Source: the human T2T-CHM13v2.0 reference genome, Homo sapiens
DNA: 64,000 bases
NCBI RefSeq assembly: GCF_009914755.1
Contig: NC_060928.1
Direction: 5' to 3' (one strand)
This document shows, one piece after another, positions 29,415 to 43,384 of this stretch. Every line of letters starts with the position of its first letter. Positions within the stretch are counted from its first letter, which is position 1. The notes beneath the pieces are model-generated. The model was given only the letters and a program-made list of their open reading frames with translations. It was not told where the DNA came from and did not search any database. A program made the translations under genes and the position numbers.

Positions 29415-30024
29415 CTGACAATAATAGTTAGGGATAGATTAGTGTTTTGAACTCAGTCAAATTGTCAAACCTCAGATACTTTCTCTAGACCATGTTACAA
29501 GGGGAGCCATTCAGCTTCATGTAATGAAGACTGAAATGTTTCGTAAGTTATATCGCATAAGGTTAGTAGCACAGCTTGGCACAGAATACATTCAATGAAA
29601 GTTGGCTATTAATGTTAGTATCACTATTATAAAAATGTGTATTATATTTTAGTTGCCTTAATCAATAAGAAATGAAAGACTAAATTTAAATTATATACTC
29701 TTATCAGAGAATTATTGTTATTACCTTTGTACTTTTTCTTACTGAACTCAGAATTGCCTTCAGAATCTTTCCTGAAACCATGCAGCCTCAATTAGTAAGT
29801 TTGGAAGTAGTGCATGAGAATAAATATATTTTCCATTTATATTCTTATAAAACCCAGATCAGACATTCAAACTGGGCTCTAATTTGTAATTGAGGCATAA
29901 TATTCACAGACTCCAATCTCACCCCACCTGTGATGGTCACCTTTTTGTATCTATTTTCCCTTAGAAAGCTTCCATCTATTAGCTCATGAAAAAAAGTGCA
30001 AATGCTAAGAGTGTTAACCATGTA

Positions 30025-30250
30025 CAAAACACTATTTTAAGATTTTCATATATGTTAACTTAATCATTTAAAACTCATCAAAACTACGTAGATAATGCTA
30101 TTCCCTTTCTCATATATCTGTTCAGAAAACTAAGGCATGAGTATGGAGTCTCTTGCTCAAGATCTCACAGCTAATAAGTAGCAGAACCAGAGTTTGGACC
30201 CAGAAAATATGCTCAGAATCTGTGTTTATGAAAACTAAGCGTATTTCCTC
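30025..30250 (-). mobile_element. MIR
   Basis: gaaaactaaggcatgag...ttgctcaagatctcacagctaataagtagcagaaccagagtttggaccc. Confidence 0.75.
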
Positions 30251-30557
30251 TCAAGAGAGAGTGACAGAATTCGTCTCTAGTTTCTCTTCATCTCATAGAT
30301 GCCCTTACTCAGTTTTCCAGGCTTGACCCTGAAGCAGCATTTAACAAGATGGTTATAAATTGCCCTACTTAGTTTGTCTCTTTTGCCCTTTTAATGTCTA
30401 ATAAGCAAAATTTTTTTCTTTAGAAAGGAAAAGGAATCTCCTCACTTGAGGGCAAAATAAACTTTCTGGGGTTCCACTCTTCTTCCAGAATAAACTATTC
30501 TTAGGCAAGATTATTTATTCTTCAAATTGTTCCACAATGGAGGTAAAATATACTTAC

Positions 30558-30705
30558 TGATTTTTGACAATGGGAGTTGATATTCCTGATTCATATCAGC
30601 CAGTTTGGAAACAATTCGTAGGAAAGTGGTAAAGTCCTCCATAATTTTCATGTTATATTCATCTAAAGCATCACTAAAATCCTCAGGGAGATCATCAAGG
30701 AACAC
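30558..30705 (-). CDS. DDX60: DDX60 coding exon (VFLDDLPEDFSDALDEYNMKIMEDFTTFLRIVSKLADMNQEYQLPLSKI)
   Basis: tctag| acceptor, A|gtaagt donor, 148 nt, phase 0-1. Confidence 0.95.
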
Positions 30706-31281
30706 CTAGAAGCCGAATAATTTTCATAGAGATAGATCTATTTACCTTCCTTCAAAACTGAATCGTTGGAAGAAGAAAGGTAAAGAACATTGCAATATAA
30801 TTCTATAGTTATCTATTAATATTTATTCAATAATGTCACTGTTTCATTTTTTCACTGGTGAAGTTCAGGTAACTTCATGTTTTGTTTCTATTTGCAATTA
30901 TGAAAACAAATACCTTACTCATTACCCTTAAAAATGTATTTTGACATACTGAATCAAAACCACTTTTAAATAGAAGCATGCCCTCAAATAACATTAGACT
31001 TGTGAAAATTTCAAAGACTCTAGTGACACATTTGAATAGCAAGCAATGAGACAAAGTACATTTGCATGCCTAGAGTAAATCTCGTTTTGTTTTGAGGGTT
31101 TTTTAAACCTCACTGGATTCATTTTGCTAATATTTAGTTAACTATTTTTTCACTTACATTCATGAAAGAGAAGTATCTCTAATTTTCCTTTTCATTATGT
31201 TCTAGTCAGGTTTTGGTATTAAAGCTAACTTTTGCCCTTAGAAAGAGTAAATATTCCCTCTTTTTGTATTATCCAGAAGAG

Positions 31282-32072
31282 TGTAGTGGACTGAATGTTT
31301 CATATTTTCTCAAAATTTATATGTTAAAATATGAACACTTAATGTGATGGGATTAGGACGCAGGGCCTTTGGGAGATGATTAGGTCATGAGGGTGGAGTC
31401 CTCATAACTGGAATTAGTGCCCATAAAAAAAGACGCCAGAGAGCTCCCTTGCCCCTTCCACCATGTGAGAACACAGCATAAAGACAACCATCTATGAACC
31501 AAAAAGCAGCCCCCACCAGACACCTTGATTTAGAACTTCCTTTTAATTATTAATTTTTTATTTTTGTGGGTCCATAGCAGGTGTGTATATTCATGGATTA
31601 TATGAGATATTTCGATGCAGGCATGTAATGCATAATAATCACATCAGGGTAAATGGGGTATCCATCACTTCAAGCATTTATCCTTTGTGTTACAAACAAT
31701 ACAATTCTATTCTTTTAGTTATTCAGCCATAAAAAAGAATGAGATCCTGTCATTTGCAACAACATGTAAAGAATTGGAGGTCATTATGTTAAGTGAAATC
31801 AGCCAGGCACAAAAAGACACACTTCACACGTTCTCACTACTTTGTAGGACCTAAAAGTTAAAACAATTGAACTTATGCAGATAGAGTAGAAGGATGGTTA
31901 TCAGAGGCTGGGAAGGGTAGCTGGGGGACGGAGAAGTGAATGTTTAATGGGTACCAAAAAATAGCTAGAAAGACTGGTCTCTTCTCAGCCTCCGAAACTG
32001 TGACAAGTAAATTTCTGTTGTTTATTAGCCAGCCAATCATTGCTACATTATAGCAGCCCAAACAGACTAAAA
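31282..32072 (+). mobile_element. MLT1A/B LTR split by an inverted L1MA 3' fragment (31540-31972)
   Basis: tgtagtggactgaatgttt start; LTR resumes at cttctcagcctccgaaactgtgac and ends aacagactaaaa. Confidence 0.8.
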
Positions 32073-33001
32073 TAAAATTTGTAAAAAGTTGGTGTTATTC
32101 TCTTTACGATAAAAATCATGCATATTTAAGATATACAAACTGGTGTTTTAATATACATATATAGTGATGTTATCCTTACAAAGTTTGGAAGAATTCACCA
32201 GTGAAGCCATCTGAGCCTTGGGTTTTCTTTGTGGGAATGTTTTTTTTTTTTTAAATAATAGATTAAATTTCTTTACTAGATATCAGAACCAGATTAATTA
32301 TATCTTCCTTGCTCAGTTTTGGAAAGTTGTATTTTCTAGGAATTTGCCCATTTGTCTAAATAGTCAAATACGTTGCTATAAAGTCATTCACAAAATCTTC
32401 CTTTGCTCTTTGCGATGTCTAAAATAGAGCCTGTAGTACTGCCCCATTTTCTTTTCTGATACTTGTGCTTTTACTCCCTTATTCTTAATGAGTTTTGCTA
32501 GACATTAATCAATTTTATTATTCTTTACAAAGAACCAACTTAGAGGCTTTGTTGATTTCTTGTTCACACAATTATTGTTAATTTACTTTATATCTGTTCT
32601 CATTTTATTATTTCTTTCCTTCTACTTACTGTAGGTTAGATCTTCTTGTTCGTTTTGTTATTTTCTTAAGCTAAAGTTTAATTCATTGACTTTTCAGCCT
32701 GTATTTTTTTCTAATTTATGGTTTTAAGGCTGCAAATTCCTCTGTAAGCACTGAATAAATTCCAACTTATAAGCATTCTTATGTTTGCTTTATTTTTATT
32801 TAATGTAAAATATTTTTAAATGTCCATTTTATGTCTTTTTTATCCTTTGTGTATTTATAAATTAATTTTTTAACTTTTCACGCAATTGAGATACTTCTGA
32901 TTCTTCTGGTTAGTGTTTACCTGGCATATATTTTTAATCATCTTACTTTCAAGCTTTCTCAGTTTTTATACCTAAAGTGTGACTTGTATAAATAGCATAT
33001 A

Positions 33002-33334
33002 TAGTCTGATGTCACTTAATGGCAGGGATATATTCTAAGAAATGTGGCATTAGGTGATATTGTCATTGTGCAAACATCACAAAGTGTACTTAAACAAACC
33101 TAGATCACATTACCTAGGCTTTATGGTACAGCCTATTGGTCCTAGGCTACAAACCTGTACAGCATGTTACTGAATTGAACACTTTAGGCAGCTGTAACAC
33201 AATGGTAAGTATTTTGTGTATCCAGATATACCTGAATGAAGGAAAGGTACAGTAAAAATACAATATTATATTTATGCAACCATCATGTATGCAGTCTGTT
33301 GTGGATCAAAATGTCATTGTGTGGCACATGTCTA
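33002..33334 (+). mobile_element. Tigger3a-like MITE
   Basis: gggatatattctaagaaatgtggcattagg...aaaggtacagtaaaaataca...gtggcacatgtcta. Confidence 0.85.
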
Positions 33335-34003
33335 TAGTTGTCTATATTTTAAGATATAGCCTGAAAATCTTTGTATTTTACTTAGTGTATTTAGTACATT
33401 TACATTTAATATAACTATTGATATAGCTATTTTCTACCTTGCCATTTGTTTTCTGTCTGAATTTGAACCACTCATTATATATTTTTTCTCTTCCCTTCTT
33501 GTTTTTACCAGTTTTTCCTTTTGTTAACATGTATGTGCACACTATTTTACTAGTCTTTTAGCTGTTACCCCAGAGATTATAAGATATAGCTTTAATTTTA
33601 TATTTCTTAATCTTCCAAAATTTTAAAACATTTAAATGTATTAACCTTCTGAACTCTTACATTATAATTTTCATAAACTTCAGTTCTATGTATTATTTCA
33701 AATTTTATATGTTACAATTATTTTTTGACACAATGTGTATTCCTTTATATGTAATCACACATAACCCTTTCTATTGTGATTCATTCCTTCCTGCATTTTC
33801 ATGTTTCCAAATTTTGGATTTTTTCTATGTACCTAAAGTATATATTTATTTTACTGCAGACTTGATAGCAATGAATAACCTCAGATTTCACATCTGAAAA
33901 CATCTTAATTTTATCTTTATTTTGACGAATATTTCCTACAAGTGTAGAATTCAGGGATAGGAGTTATTTTAATTGAGCACATTAAAAATATTGTTCCATT
34001 GTC

Positions 34004-37000
34004 TGGAGAGCCAAAATAAAAATAAAAATAAAAAATGGCAGACAAGAGGCAGAACTAACTTGCAGCTCCCACTCAGACAGACAGATCAGCATGTGGAGAC
34101 TCACACCATGAACTTTTGCTCCAAGAACTACCAAAGGAACACACCAGGAAAGCCAAGAGAATCCACAGACCCTTTCAAAGAAGTAACTTGCCTCTTCAGG
34201 CAAGCTGAAAAACTGTGAATGTCCAAAGTGTGAAAGGGGGAACATCCACCCCTTAACACATATCATCAATGGGGAAACTGAAGTTCCAGATCATGGGAGA
34301 AGGATCTGGAATTGAGACAAATTTAGAGAGCCAAGTGAAATATAGGTGTAGAGGAAGCAGTGGGATAAGCACTCTGGGCACTTTCGGTCCCCAGAAAAGC
34401 CGTTTCTGACTTTGTCTCACAGGGGTCCTTGGGAAGGCTGCCAATGGAATTGGGGAAAGACCACATGGAGAAGGAAACTTCCAGCTGAACTCTGTAACAA
34501 TTTCAACCAAACACAAAGTTTCCTGGACAGAACCTGGGGCAGGGGGGTAAACAGGGAGTGCAGATACAAGCACAGAGGCTGCAGCAAGTGGGGAGGTGTG
34601 AAACCCAAGAGCCCTGCTTGCTTTCTCAGTGGGGAGGCTTGTAGCCTGGGGAAAGTTTTCAGCCCTGCTCACAGATTGCCTGGAAATAAATTCAGCGCTA
34701 TTGGGGAGTGGGGGACAGTACTACAAGAACTGCTGAAAGGAGCTCTAACTCTTGAAACAAATCCCTGAAAGACACCAAAATAGAACCTCCTTAAAGCATA
34801 AATCTCACAAGACCTATAAAATAATAGCACAATGGAAAAAGAAAAAACAAGGTATTTGGGCAACAACTAGCATGATAAATAGAATAGTACCTCACATTTC
34901 AAAACTAAAATTGAATGTAAATGGCCTAAATGCTCCACTTAGAAGATTTGGAATAGCAAAATGGATAAGAATTCACCAACCAAGTATCTGCTGTCTTCAA
35001 GAGACTCACCTAACACATAAGGACTCACATAAATTTAAGGGAAAGGGGTGGAGAAACATATTCCATGGAAATGGACACCAAAAGCAAGCAGGAGTAGCTA
35101 TTTTTATATCAGACAAAACAGATTTAAAGCAAAAATAGTTTAAAAAGACAGATGGACACTATATAATGATAAAAGGACTACTCCAACAGGAACACTTCAC
35201 AATCCTAAATATATATACACCTAATACTGGAGCTCTCAAATTTATAAAACAATTACTAATATACCTAAGAAATGAGAAAGATAGCAACACAATAATAGTG
35301 GGGGACTTCAATACCCCATGACGGCACTAGACAGGTCATAAAGACAGAAAGTCAACAAATAATGGACTTAGACTACACCCTAGGACAAATGGACTTAACA
35401 GATATTTACAGAACATTCTACCCAACAATTGAAGAATATACATTCTATTCATCAGCACATGGAACATTCTCCAAGAAAGACCATATGATAGGCAACAAAA
35501 CAAGCCTCAATAAGTGATCTCAGATCACAGTGGAATAAAATTGGAAATCAACTCCAAAAGAAATCCTCAAAACCATGCAAATACATGGAAATTAAATAAC
35601 CTGCTCCTGAATGATTATTGGGTCAACAATGAAATCAGGATAGAAACTTAAAAAGTCTTTGAATTGAACAGTATTAGTGACACAACTGATTTAAAACCTC
35701 TGGGACAGAGCAAAAGTGATGCTAAGAGAAAAGTTCATAGCATTAAATGCCTACATCAAAAAGTCTGAAAGAGCAAAAATAGACAATCTAAGGTCACCCC
35801 TCAAGGAACTAGAGAAACAATAACAAACCAAACCCAAACCCAGCAGAAGAAAAGAAATAGCAAAGATCAGAGCAGAACTAAATGAAATTGAAACAAACAA
35901 ACAAAACCAATACAAAAGATAAATGAAACTAAAAGCTGGTTCTTTGAAAAAATAAACAACATTGATAAATAGACCATTAGTGAGATTAGCCAAGAAAAGA
36001 AGAGAGATCCAAATAAGTTTCATCCAAAGAAATGAAACAGAAGATATTACAACCAATACCACAGAAGTACGAAAAAAAAAATTATTCAAGGCTACTATGA
36101 ACACCTTTACGCACACAAACTGGAAAACTTAGAGGAGATGGGTAAATTCCTGGAAATATACAAATCTCCTAGATTAAACCAAGAAGAAATAGAAACTCTG
36201 AACAGACCAATAACAAGCAGTGAGATTGAAATGGTATATATTTTTTAAATGTCAACAAAAAAAGTCCAAAACTATATGGATTCACGACTGAATTCTATCA
36301 GGCATTCAAAGAAGATTTGGGACCAAGCCTACTGACACTATTTCAAAAGATAGAGAAAGAGGGAATCCTCCCTAAATTGTTCTATGAAGCCAATATCATC
36401 TTAATGTCAAAACCAGGAAATGACATAACAAAAAAAAAAAGAAAGAAAACTACAGACCAATATCTCTGATGAACATAAACGCAAAAACCCTCAACAAAAT
36501 ACTAGCAAACAGAATCCAACAGCAGATCAAAAAGATAATCTACCATGATCAAGTGAGTTTCATACTAGGGATGCTGGGATGGTTTATCATATGCAAGTGA
36601 ATAAATGTAATATACTACATAAACAGATTTAAAAACAAAAATCACTGATCATCTAAATAGATGCAGAAAAAGCATTTGACAAAATCCAGCATCCCTTTAG
36701 GATTAAAACCCTCAGCAAAATTGGCATAGAAAGGACATAGCTTAAGGTAATAAAAGCCATCTAAGACAATCCCACAGTCAACGTTATACTTTACAGGGAA
36801 AAGTAGAAAGCATTCTCCCTGAGAACTGGAATAAGAAAAGGATGCCCATTTTCACCACTCTTACTCAACATAGTACTAGAAGTCCTAACCAGAGCAATCA
36901 AACAAAAGAAATAAATAAAGGACATCCATATCAGTAAAAAGGAAGTCAAACTGTCACCATTTCCCAATGATATGACTGAACACCTAGAAAAGCCTAAAGA

Positions 37001-38908
37001 CTCGTCTAAAAAGCTCCTAGAACTGATAAATGAATTCAGTAAAGTTTCAGGATACAAAATTAATGTACACAAATCAGTAGCTCTGCCATACACCAACAGC
37101 AACCAAGCTGAGAATCAAATCAAGAACTCAGCCCCTTTTACAATAGCTGCAAATAGTAAAATAAAATACTTAGAAATATGCCTAACCAGGAGGTGAAAGA
37201 CCTCTGCAAGGAAAACTACAACACACTGCTGAAAGAAATAATAGATATCACAAGCAGATTGAAACACATATCATGCTCATGTATGAGTAGAATAAATTCT
37301 GTGAAAATCATGAGGCTGCCAAAAGCAATCTACAAATTCAATTCCCATCAAAATACCAACATCATTCTTCACAGAACTAGAAAAAACAATCTTAAAATTC
37401 ATATGGAACCAAAGAAAAGCCCATATAGTCAAAGGAAAACTAAGCAAAAAGAACAAATCTGGAAGCATCATACTACCTGACTTCAAACTATACTATACGG
37501 TTATAGTCACCAAAACCACAAGGTCCTGGCATAAATATAGACACATAGACCAATGGAACAGAATAAAGAACAGAAATAAAGGCAAATATTTACAGCCAAC
37601 TGATCTTTGACAAACCAAATGAAAACATAAAATGGGGAAAGGACACCCTATTCAACACGTGGTGCTGGGATAATTGGCAAGCCACACGTAGCAGAATGAA
37701 ACTGAATCCTTATCTCTCACCTTATACAAAAATCAATACAAGATGGATCAAAGACTTAATTCTAAGACCTGAAAGCATAAAAATTCTGGAAGACAATATT
37801 ATAAAAACCCTTCTAGACATTGGCTTAGACAAAGGCTTCACGACCAAGAACCCAAAAGCAAATGCAACAAAAACAAAGATAAATAGATGGGACTTAATTA
37901 AACTAAAAGCTTCTGCACAGCAAAAGAAATAATCAGCAGAGTAAACAGACAGCCCACAGAGTGGGAGAAAATCACAAACTATCCATCCAACAAAGGACTC
38001 AATATTCAGAATCTACAAAGAACTCAAACAAAGCAGCAACAAAAAAACAAACAATCCCTTCAAAAAGTGAGCTAAGGACATGAATAGACAATTCTCAAAA
38101 GAAAATATATAAATGGCCAACAAACATATGAAAAAAATGCTTAACATTACTAATTATCAGGGAAATGCAAATCAAAACCACAGTGCAACGCCACCTTACT
38201 CCTGTAAGGATGGCCATAATCAAAAAATCAAAAATAATAGATGTTAGCGTGGATGTAGTGAAAAGGGAACACTTTTACAAAGCTGGTGGAAATGTAAACT
38301 AGTACAACCACCAGGGAAAACAGTATGGAGATTCCTTAACAAACTAAAAGTAGATCTACCATTTGATCCAGCAATCCCACTACTTGGTACCTACCCAGAG
38401 GAAAAGAAGTCTTTACACAAAAAAGATACTTGGACATGCATGTTTACAGCAGCACAATTTGCAATTACAAAAATATGGAACCAGCCTAAATGCCCATCAG
38501 TCAATGAGTGGATAAAGAAAATGTGGTACATATGTATTATGGAATACTACTCAGCCATAAATAGAAATGAAATAAGAGCATTCACAAGCAACCTGGATGG
38601 AGTTGGAGACCATTATTCTAAGTGAAATAACTCAGGAATTGAAAACCAAAAATCAAATCTTCCCACTCATAAGTGAGAGCTAAGCTATGAGGACACAAAG
38701 TCATAAAAATGGTACAATGGACTTTGGGGACCCATAGGAAAAGGTGTGAGGGGTGAGGAATAAAAGACTACACATTGGGTGCAGTGTACACTGCTTAGGT
38801 GATGGGTGCACCAAAATCTCAGAAATCACTACTAAAGAACTTATACATGTAACCAAACACCAACTGTTTCTCCAAAACCTACTGAAATAAAAAAAAATAC
38901 CAAAAAAA
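34004..38908 (+). mobile_element. L1PB element, 5' end to polyA, with most of ORF1 and part of the 5'UTR missing; ORF2 disrupted
   Basis: L1PBa-like start atggcagacaagaggcagaactaacttgcagctccc; ORF2 LNVNGLNAP/CCLQETH; 3' UTR with aataaa at 38886; 19-bp TSD. Confidence 0.92.
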
Positions 38909-40202
38909 TTCATATGTGGTCATCCGGAAAAGTATCTTTGATATAAGTATAAAAAAGCAATAGCATGTCTAATATGATTCTAGTTATGTAACACCAAGAG
39001 TTTATATATGTATATATCAATGATTGCATGTATTTGCCTGTAAAATATCTGAATCAACAACAAAATATTGTTCCATTGTCCACTAGCTTCCATTATTTTG
39101 ATTAAAAAGAAATCTAGCATTCTCATTGCTTCTTAGAAGGAAATGTGTCACTTTATTTCTGTCCTAGGTGATTTATGATTTTCTCTTTGTGCTTTTCAGC
39201 AGTTTAGCTTAATGTTTTTCTACATTTATCCTCCCTGAAGTTGACTACGGTTTTAAAACTATGGTGTGTTATCTTTAATCAGCTTTGGAAAATTCCCAGC
39301 TATTATCTTTTTGAATACTCTTCAGCCATTTTTCTCCACCATTTTTTTTTCTGGGACTCCCATTATATATACATTAAACTTTTTCCATGTGATTCATGTT
39401 TGTTACGCTGTCTGATTTTTTAATTTTTTTTAATCTCTGTGCTATACCTTGGATGCTTTCTATTATGCTGTCAACTTACTGATCATGACTTCTGAAATGC
39501 ATATTCTAATGGTCAGATATTGTATTTTCAGTTCTAAAATGTCCAATTTAGTTTTATACATTCTAATTATCTAGTAAAAATATCCATCTTTTTATCAATT
39601 TTGTCTCTCTTCCTATTTTCTTGAACATATTAATCACACTTATAATCCTTATATGTTAATGCTAATGTCTGGATGATTTATGGATCTACAATTACCGACC
39701 TCTTTTCTTCCTGCTTATTGGTCATATGTTCATGCTTACTCACCATTTTAGGTTTTGTTTTGGTATTGGTTTTGCACCAGAAACTGTTTTCAAAGGACTT
39801 TACGGCTTTAGATGTTATCTTTCACAAGAGCGAATGCCCCCATTTTCGTGTTTGGCCAAGAGAGTGAAAGTATGATCACCTCAGTACAAGTACAGACTGC
39901 AGTGGGTATTGTTTTACAGTTTTAGTAAGCCTCATTTATGCTTTGTCTCTCTTTCTAGGTCATGGATTTCTTAAGATTTTGAGAATAAGGCTAGTTAGTC
40001 TTCGTCTTCTCAAATCTAAAAGACTGCTAAAGATCCACCTTTTTCCTATAGCACTTCCTAACCTGCTGTTAAATTTTCCAGTCCTAGATGGCTTCGAAAA
40101 TGTCTTGAGGGGGATACAAGCCTACCTATGAAGGCAGACCCAGATCCTTTTCTCTAGTGAGTTTTTATTTAATATAATGGGACTTTAGGAATTATTATCT
40201 AA

Positions 40203-40334
40203 TTTTTTCTTTTTCTTAGAGATGGGGTCTCTCTCTGTTCCCCAGGCTGGTCTCAAACTCCTGGGCTCAAGCAATCCTCCCACCTCTGCCTCCCAAAGTA
40301 GTGGGATTACAGGCTTGAGTCACCATGTCTGGCC
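40203..40334 (-). mobile_element. FLAM/AluJ monomer
   Basis: agagatggggtctc...ctcctgggctcaagcaatcctccc...tctggcc. Confidence 0.88.
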
Positions 40335-41280
40335 TATTTTTTAAAGCTTTTTGGTGTAGTACCCCAACATTTCACGCAGATCTGTCTGTTATGCAGTAAA
40401 GTGTATTTTTATCATGAGCTTCTTTTTTCAAAATAGAGATAGTGAATTTTCTATGTTAAATATAAATTTATATAAACAGAACAATTAAATAATTGTTTCA
40501 AAAATGCATGAGTGGTGAAAAGTGTAAAGATGATAGGTCAATGACTAAAATTGTGTTCACTGCTCTAGAGGGCATTCTGTGAGAGCACAGATTTTTAATC
40601 CAGCATTGTGGGATTAGAAAATATATACTAATTCTTTTTGTTTGTTCCATAGCAACTTTTCACTAAGGTTATCTTGTATAAACCAGCATATCCCATTTTA
40701 TTCTAGGGAAGTATAATAGTAATAGTATTTGATGTTGACTTGATGGTAGAGAATCATAACCAAAGAAAATGTTGCATGTTACAAATAAAATCGAAAAAGT
40801 GTTTCTCTGATTTTGGTCTCTGTGAGTCAAGTAATGATTTCTTAGATGACTATTCTGATATTTTCTCAGTGAAGACATTATAATTCACAACATATACTTC
40901 CCTTCCATAGTTCTACCTTAAGGTAAAAGGATCCTAAAAGAACAGTATATTCGGTGATACAGCTAGATGTTTCACTTAATGTATAATTAGCATATCTTTT
41001 CTTTAGTCACCTGATATTATAATTTGATACAATCAAATGAAAAACATGAATAAAATGTTTATCCTCTTTTTTTTCACAAAGACTTTAACTTTTTGGTAGA
41101 TTTACAGAGGGAGACATCAATTACAGATTAAATATCACACTGATTACAAAAAGAACAAATTATTCTATAAAACAAATGAACTGCCCTTTGAATTAAAATT
41201 CTACAGCTGCTAAGTCATTTTAGGTAAGATCTATTTAGTGGTTTTACATTACTAAATTTTATCAGAATCACACAGTTTAC

Positions 41281-41402
41281 CTTTGATTGATAAAACTCGA
41301 AGTGTGCATCTTGGAACTTTGGTGGAAAATATCTTCTTCCAAAGAGATGTGCCAATACTAATACTAGCTTTTCCATAACGTCTTGAGAAAAATGTTTTGA
41401 GC
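41281..41402 (-). CDS. DDX60: DDX60 coding exon (SKHFSQDVMEKLVLVLAHLFGRRYFPPKFQDAHFEFYQSK)
   Basis: tatag| acceptor, AAG|gtaaac donor, 122 nt, phase 1-0. Confidence 0.95.
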
Positions 41403-42314
41403 CTATATAAAACAAAGTGTCTTCTTGTAAATATGAAAGGGTATAATTCTATTTTTTCATGTTTAAATGGAATGTCATATTACATTTAATTTCATGGAAA
41501 CTAAAAATTTATGACAAACATAGCAATTGAAGAATTACCATATATCCGCTAATAGTTTTTATCTGTGCCTTCTTTTTCATCCTTGCTACCTATACCCTAA
41601 TTTAGATCCTAATGATCCCACACAAATTGCCTTATTTCCTTACCTAGATTTTCCTCCCTTTAGTCTATCTTAGTGATTTTAAGAACTACCATATAGATTT
41701 AGTGTTTAAATGTAAAAATCAAAGGATTTTAATCAAAAATGTATTAAATAAAATGTATTTAAAAATTTACTCAATATGGATAAAATTGTGCTATTTTTAG
41801 GGGAAAATATGATTCTAAATTACACTATTAATATACTATTAGCTATTTAGGTATACTATACAATAATATTCAAAGAAAATATGATTGGAAGAAAATATTC
41901 ACAAACATTAATAGTGATTATCTGTGGATAGTGTAATTATGAGTAATTTTTTATTTTTAACTTAATGCTTTACTATATCCTTTTTCTATGATGAATATAT
42001 ATTATATTTAATTAGAAGAAAATATTTTCTAAAAAGTGTATATTATTTAATATGTTATTAATCCTGGAGGCAAGGAATCACTGAAGTTAATATTTTGGAG
42101 GTGTTGACATTGTAAATACATGTCATAAAACATGGCTGACTATCATTTAATATATATTAGTAGGTATTTACTTTATCAATTGAAGATCTATAAATTATCT
42201 ACATATTAATTGTATTTTCTTTATTAAAAATATTCCTGAAGTGTTGTTTTTCTACAAATCTGTTGCTATTTTTGGACTCTCTCTCTACATATATATATAA
42301 AATCTCAAGCTTAC

Positions 42315-42456
42315 CTTTCCTGGTTGGCTGACAGAGATCATGGAAGAGTCCATTTACAAGAAAACTGACAAAAACAAGATTAGAAGGTTCATGATAATGC
42401 AAATGTGATACAAGTCCAGCAAACCCCATAGGATTACCTTCTTGATCTAAATAGCC
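42315..42456 (-). CDS. DDX60: DDX60 coding exon (GYLDQEGNPMGFAGLVSHLHYHEPSNLVFVSFLVNGLFHDLCQPTRK)
   Basis: ttag| acceptor, G|gtaagc donor, 142 nt, phase 0-1. Confidence 0.95.
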
Positions 42457-42719
42457 CTAAAGAACAAAAAACAATTTATTAGTTTGACTCAAGTCACCAC
42501 ATAATAAGTAACTTATTAAGTACCAGTTTAAAATAGTATTTAATGCCAATATAAGAAATATTTATAACTATTACTGGGCCCAACTTTTATAATTATACCA
42601 TTTATAAATAATATCAATCATTGGATAGAACCTTCTAAAAGCTACAATTTGTTCAGCATGATAAGAAATCTAGATAGTAGTAATGCTATTTCCCAAAACA
42701 AAAGTGCAGTAATGCATAC

Positions 42720-42824
42720 CTCTTTCACCAGGAACTGCAAAGAAAACAGGAAGTAAAGTTTTAACATGTCCATGACTCTGGGTTGCTTGAAGGACAGCAA
42801 TGAATGCTTTAGCACTGATAGCAC
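42720..42824 (-). CDS. DDX60: DDX60 coding exon (VLSVLKHSLLSFKQPRVMDMLKLYFLFSLQFLVKE)
   Basis: ttaaag| acceptor, GAG|gtatgc donor, 105 nt, phase 0-0. Confidence 0.95.
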
Positions 42825-43384
42825 CTTTAAAGAAAAGAGTATTTTTAGACACACAATGTTAAGTGTTACGAAATACGTTTGAAAATGATAATAAATGATA
42901 GATCAATATCTATTATACCACAAAGATATCAGAAATGTATCAGAAAAAATTTGATTTCATATTATTTTATAGTGTTACATGGCAACTTCTTTAACAAAAT
43001 AGAGCACATAAACTGAATTGTCAGAAATGAAACGTATTGCCAAACAGTCTGATTATTAAAGCCATTCCAGTTCAAGAGTTTATAGCTTTTAAGTTGTTCT
43101 AGGAATAAAAAGATATATTATCCCATGTTCTGCAGTATTATTACAAAAATAATGTAACTAGGTTGATTTCACCAATGTTATAAAAATATTGCTTGTTTTC
43201 CAGAGTAAAACTGCATTAAAGTACATGTATCTTTCAACTTCCCATTAAAATGTCTATGAAATTCCAAAAAAAAAAAAAAAAAAAAAAACCCAGCATCACC
43301 AAAATTGAAACTTAACCTGTCTTTAGGCCTGAGGGTTTATAGAACCTAGAAAGAATCTCTACTTACTATAAGGTTAATGGACTA

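Larger units (their letters stand above)
31100..40190 (-). mobile_element. Old antisense L1M scaffold (31100-34003 and 39062-40190) hosting MLT1A, L1MA, Tigger3a and L1PB insertions
   Basis: gaattcaccagtgaagccatctgagccttggg and other antisense ORF2/ORF1 motifs; sequence continues across the L1PB TSD. Confidence 0.7.

Noticed and set aside
34752-38625. Endonuclease/reverse-transcriptase-like ORFs
   Set aside because: Fragments of a dead L1PB ORF2 with many stops and frameshifts
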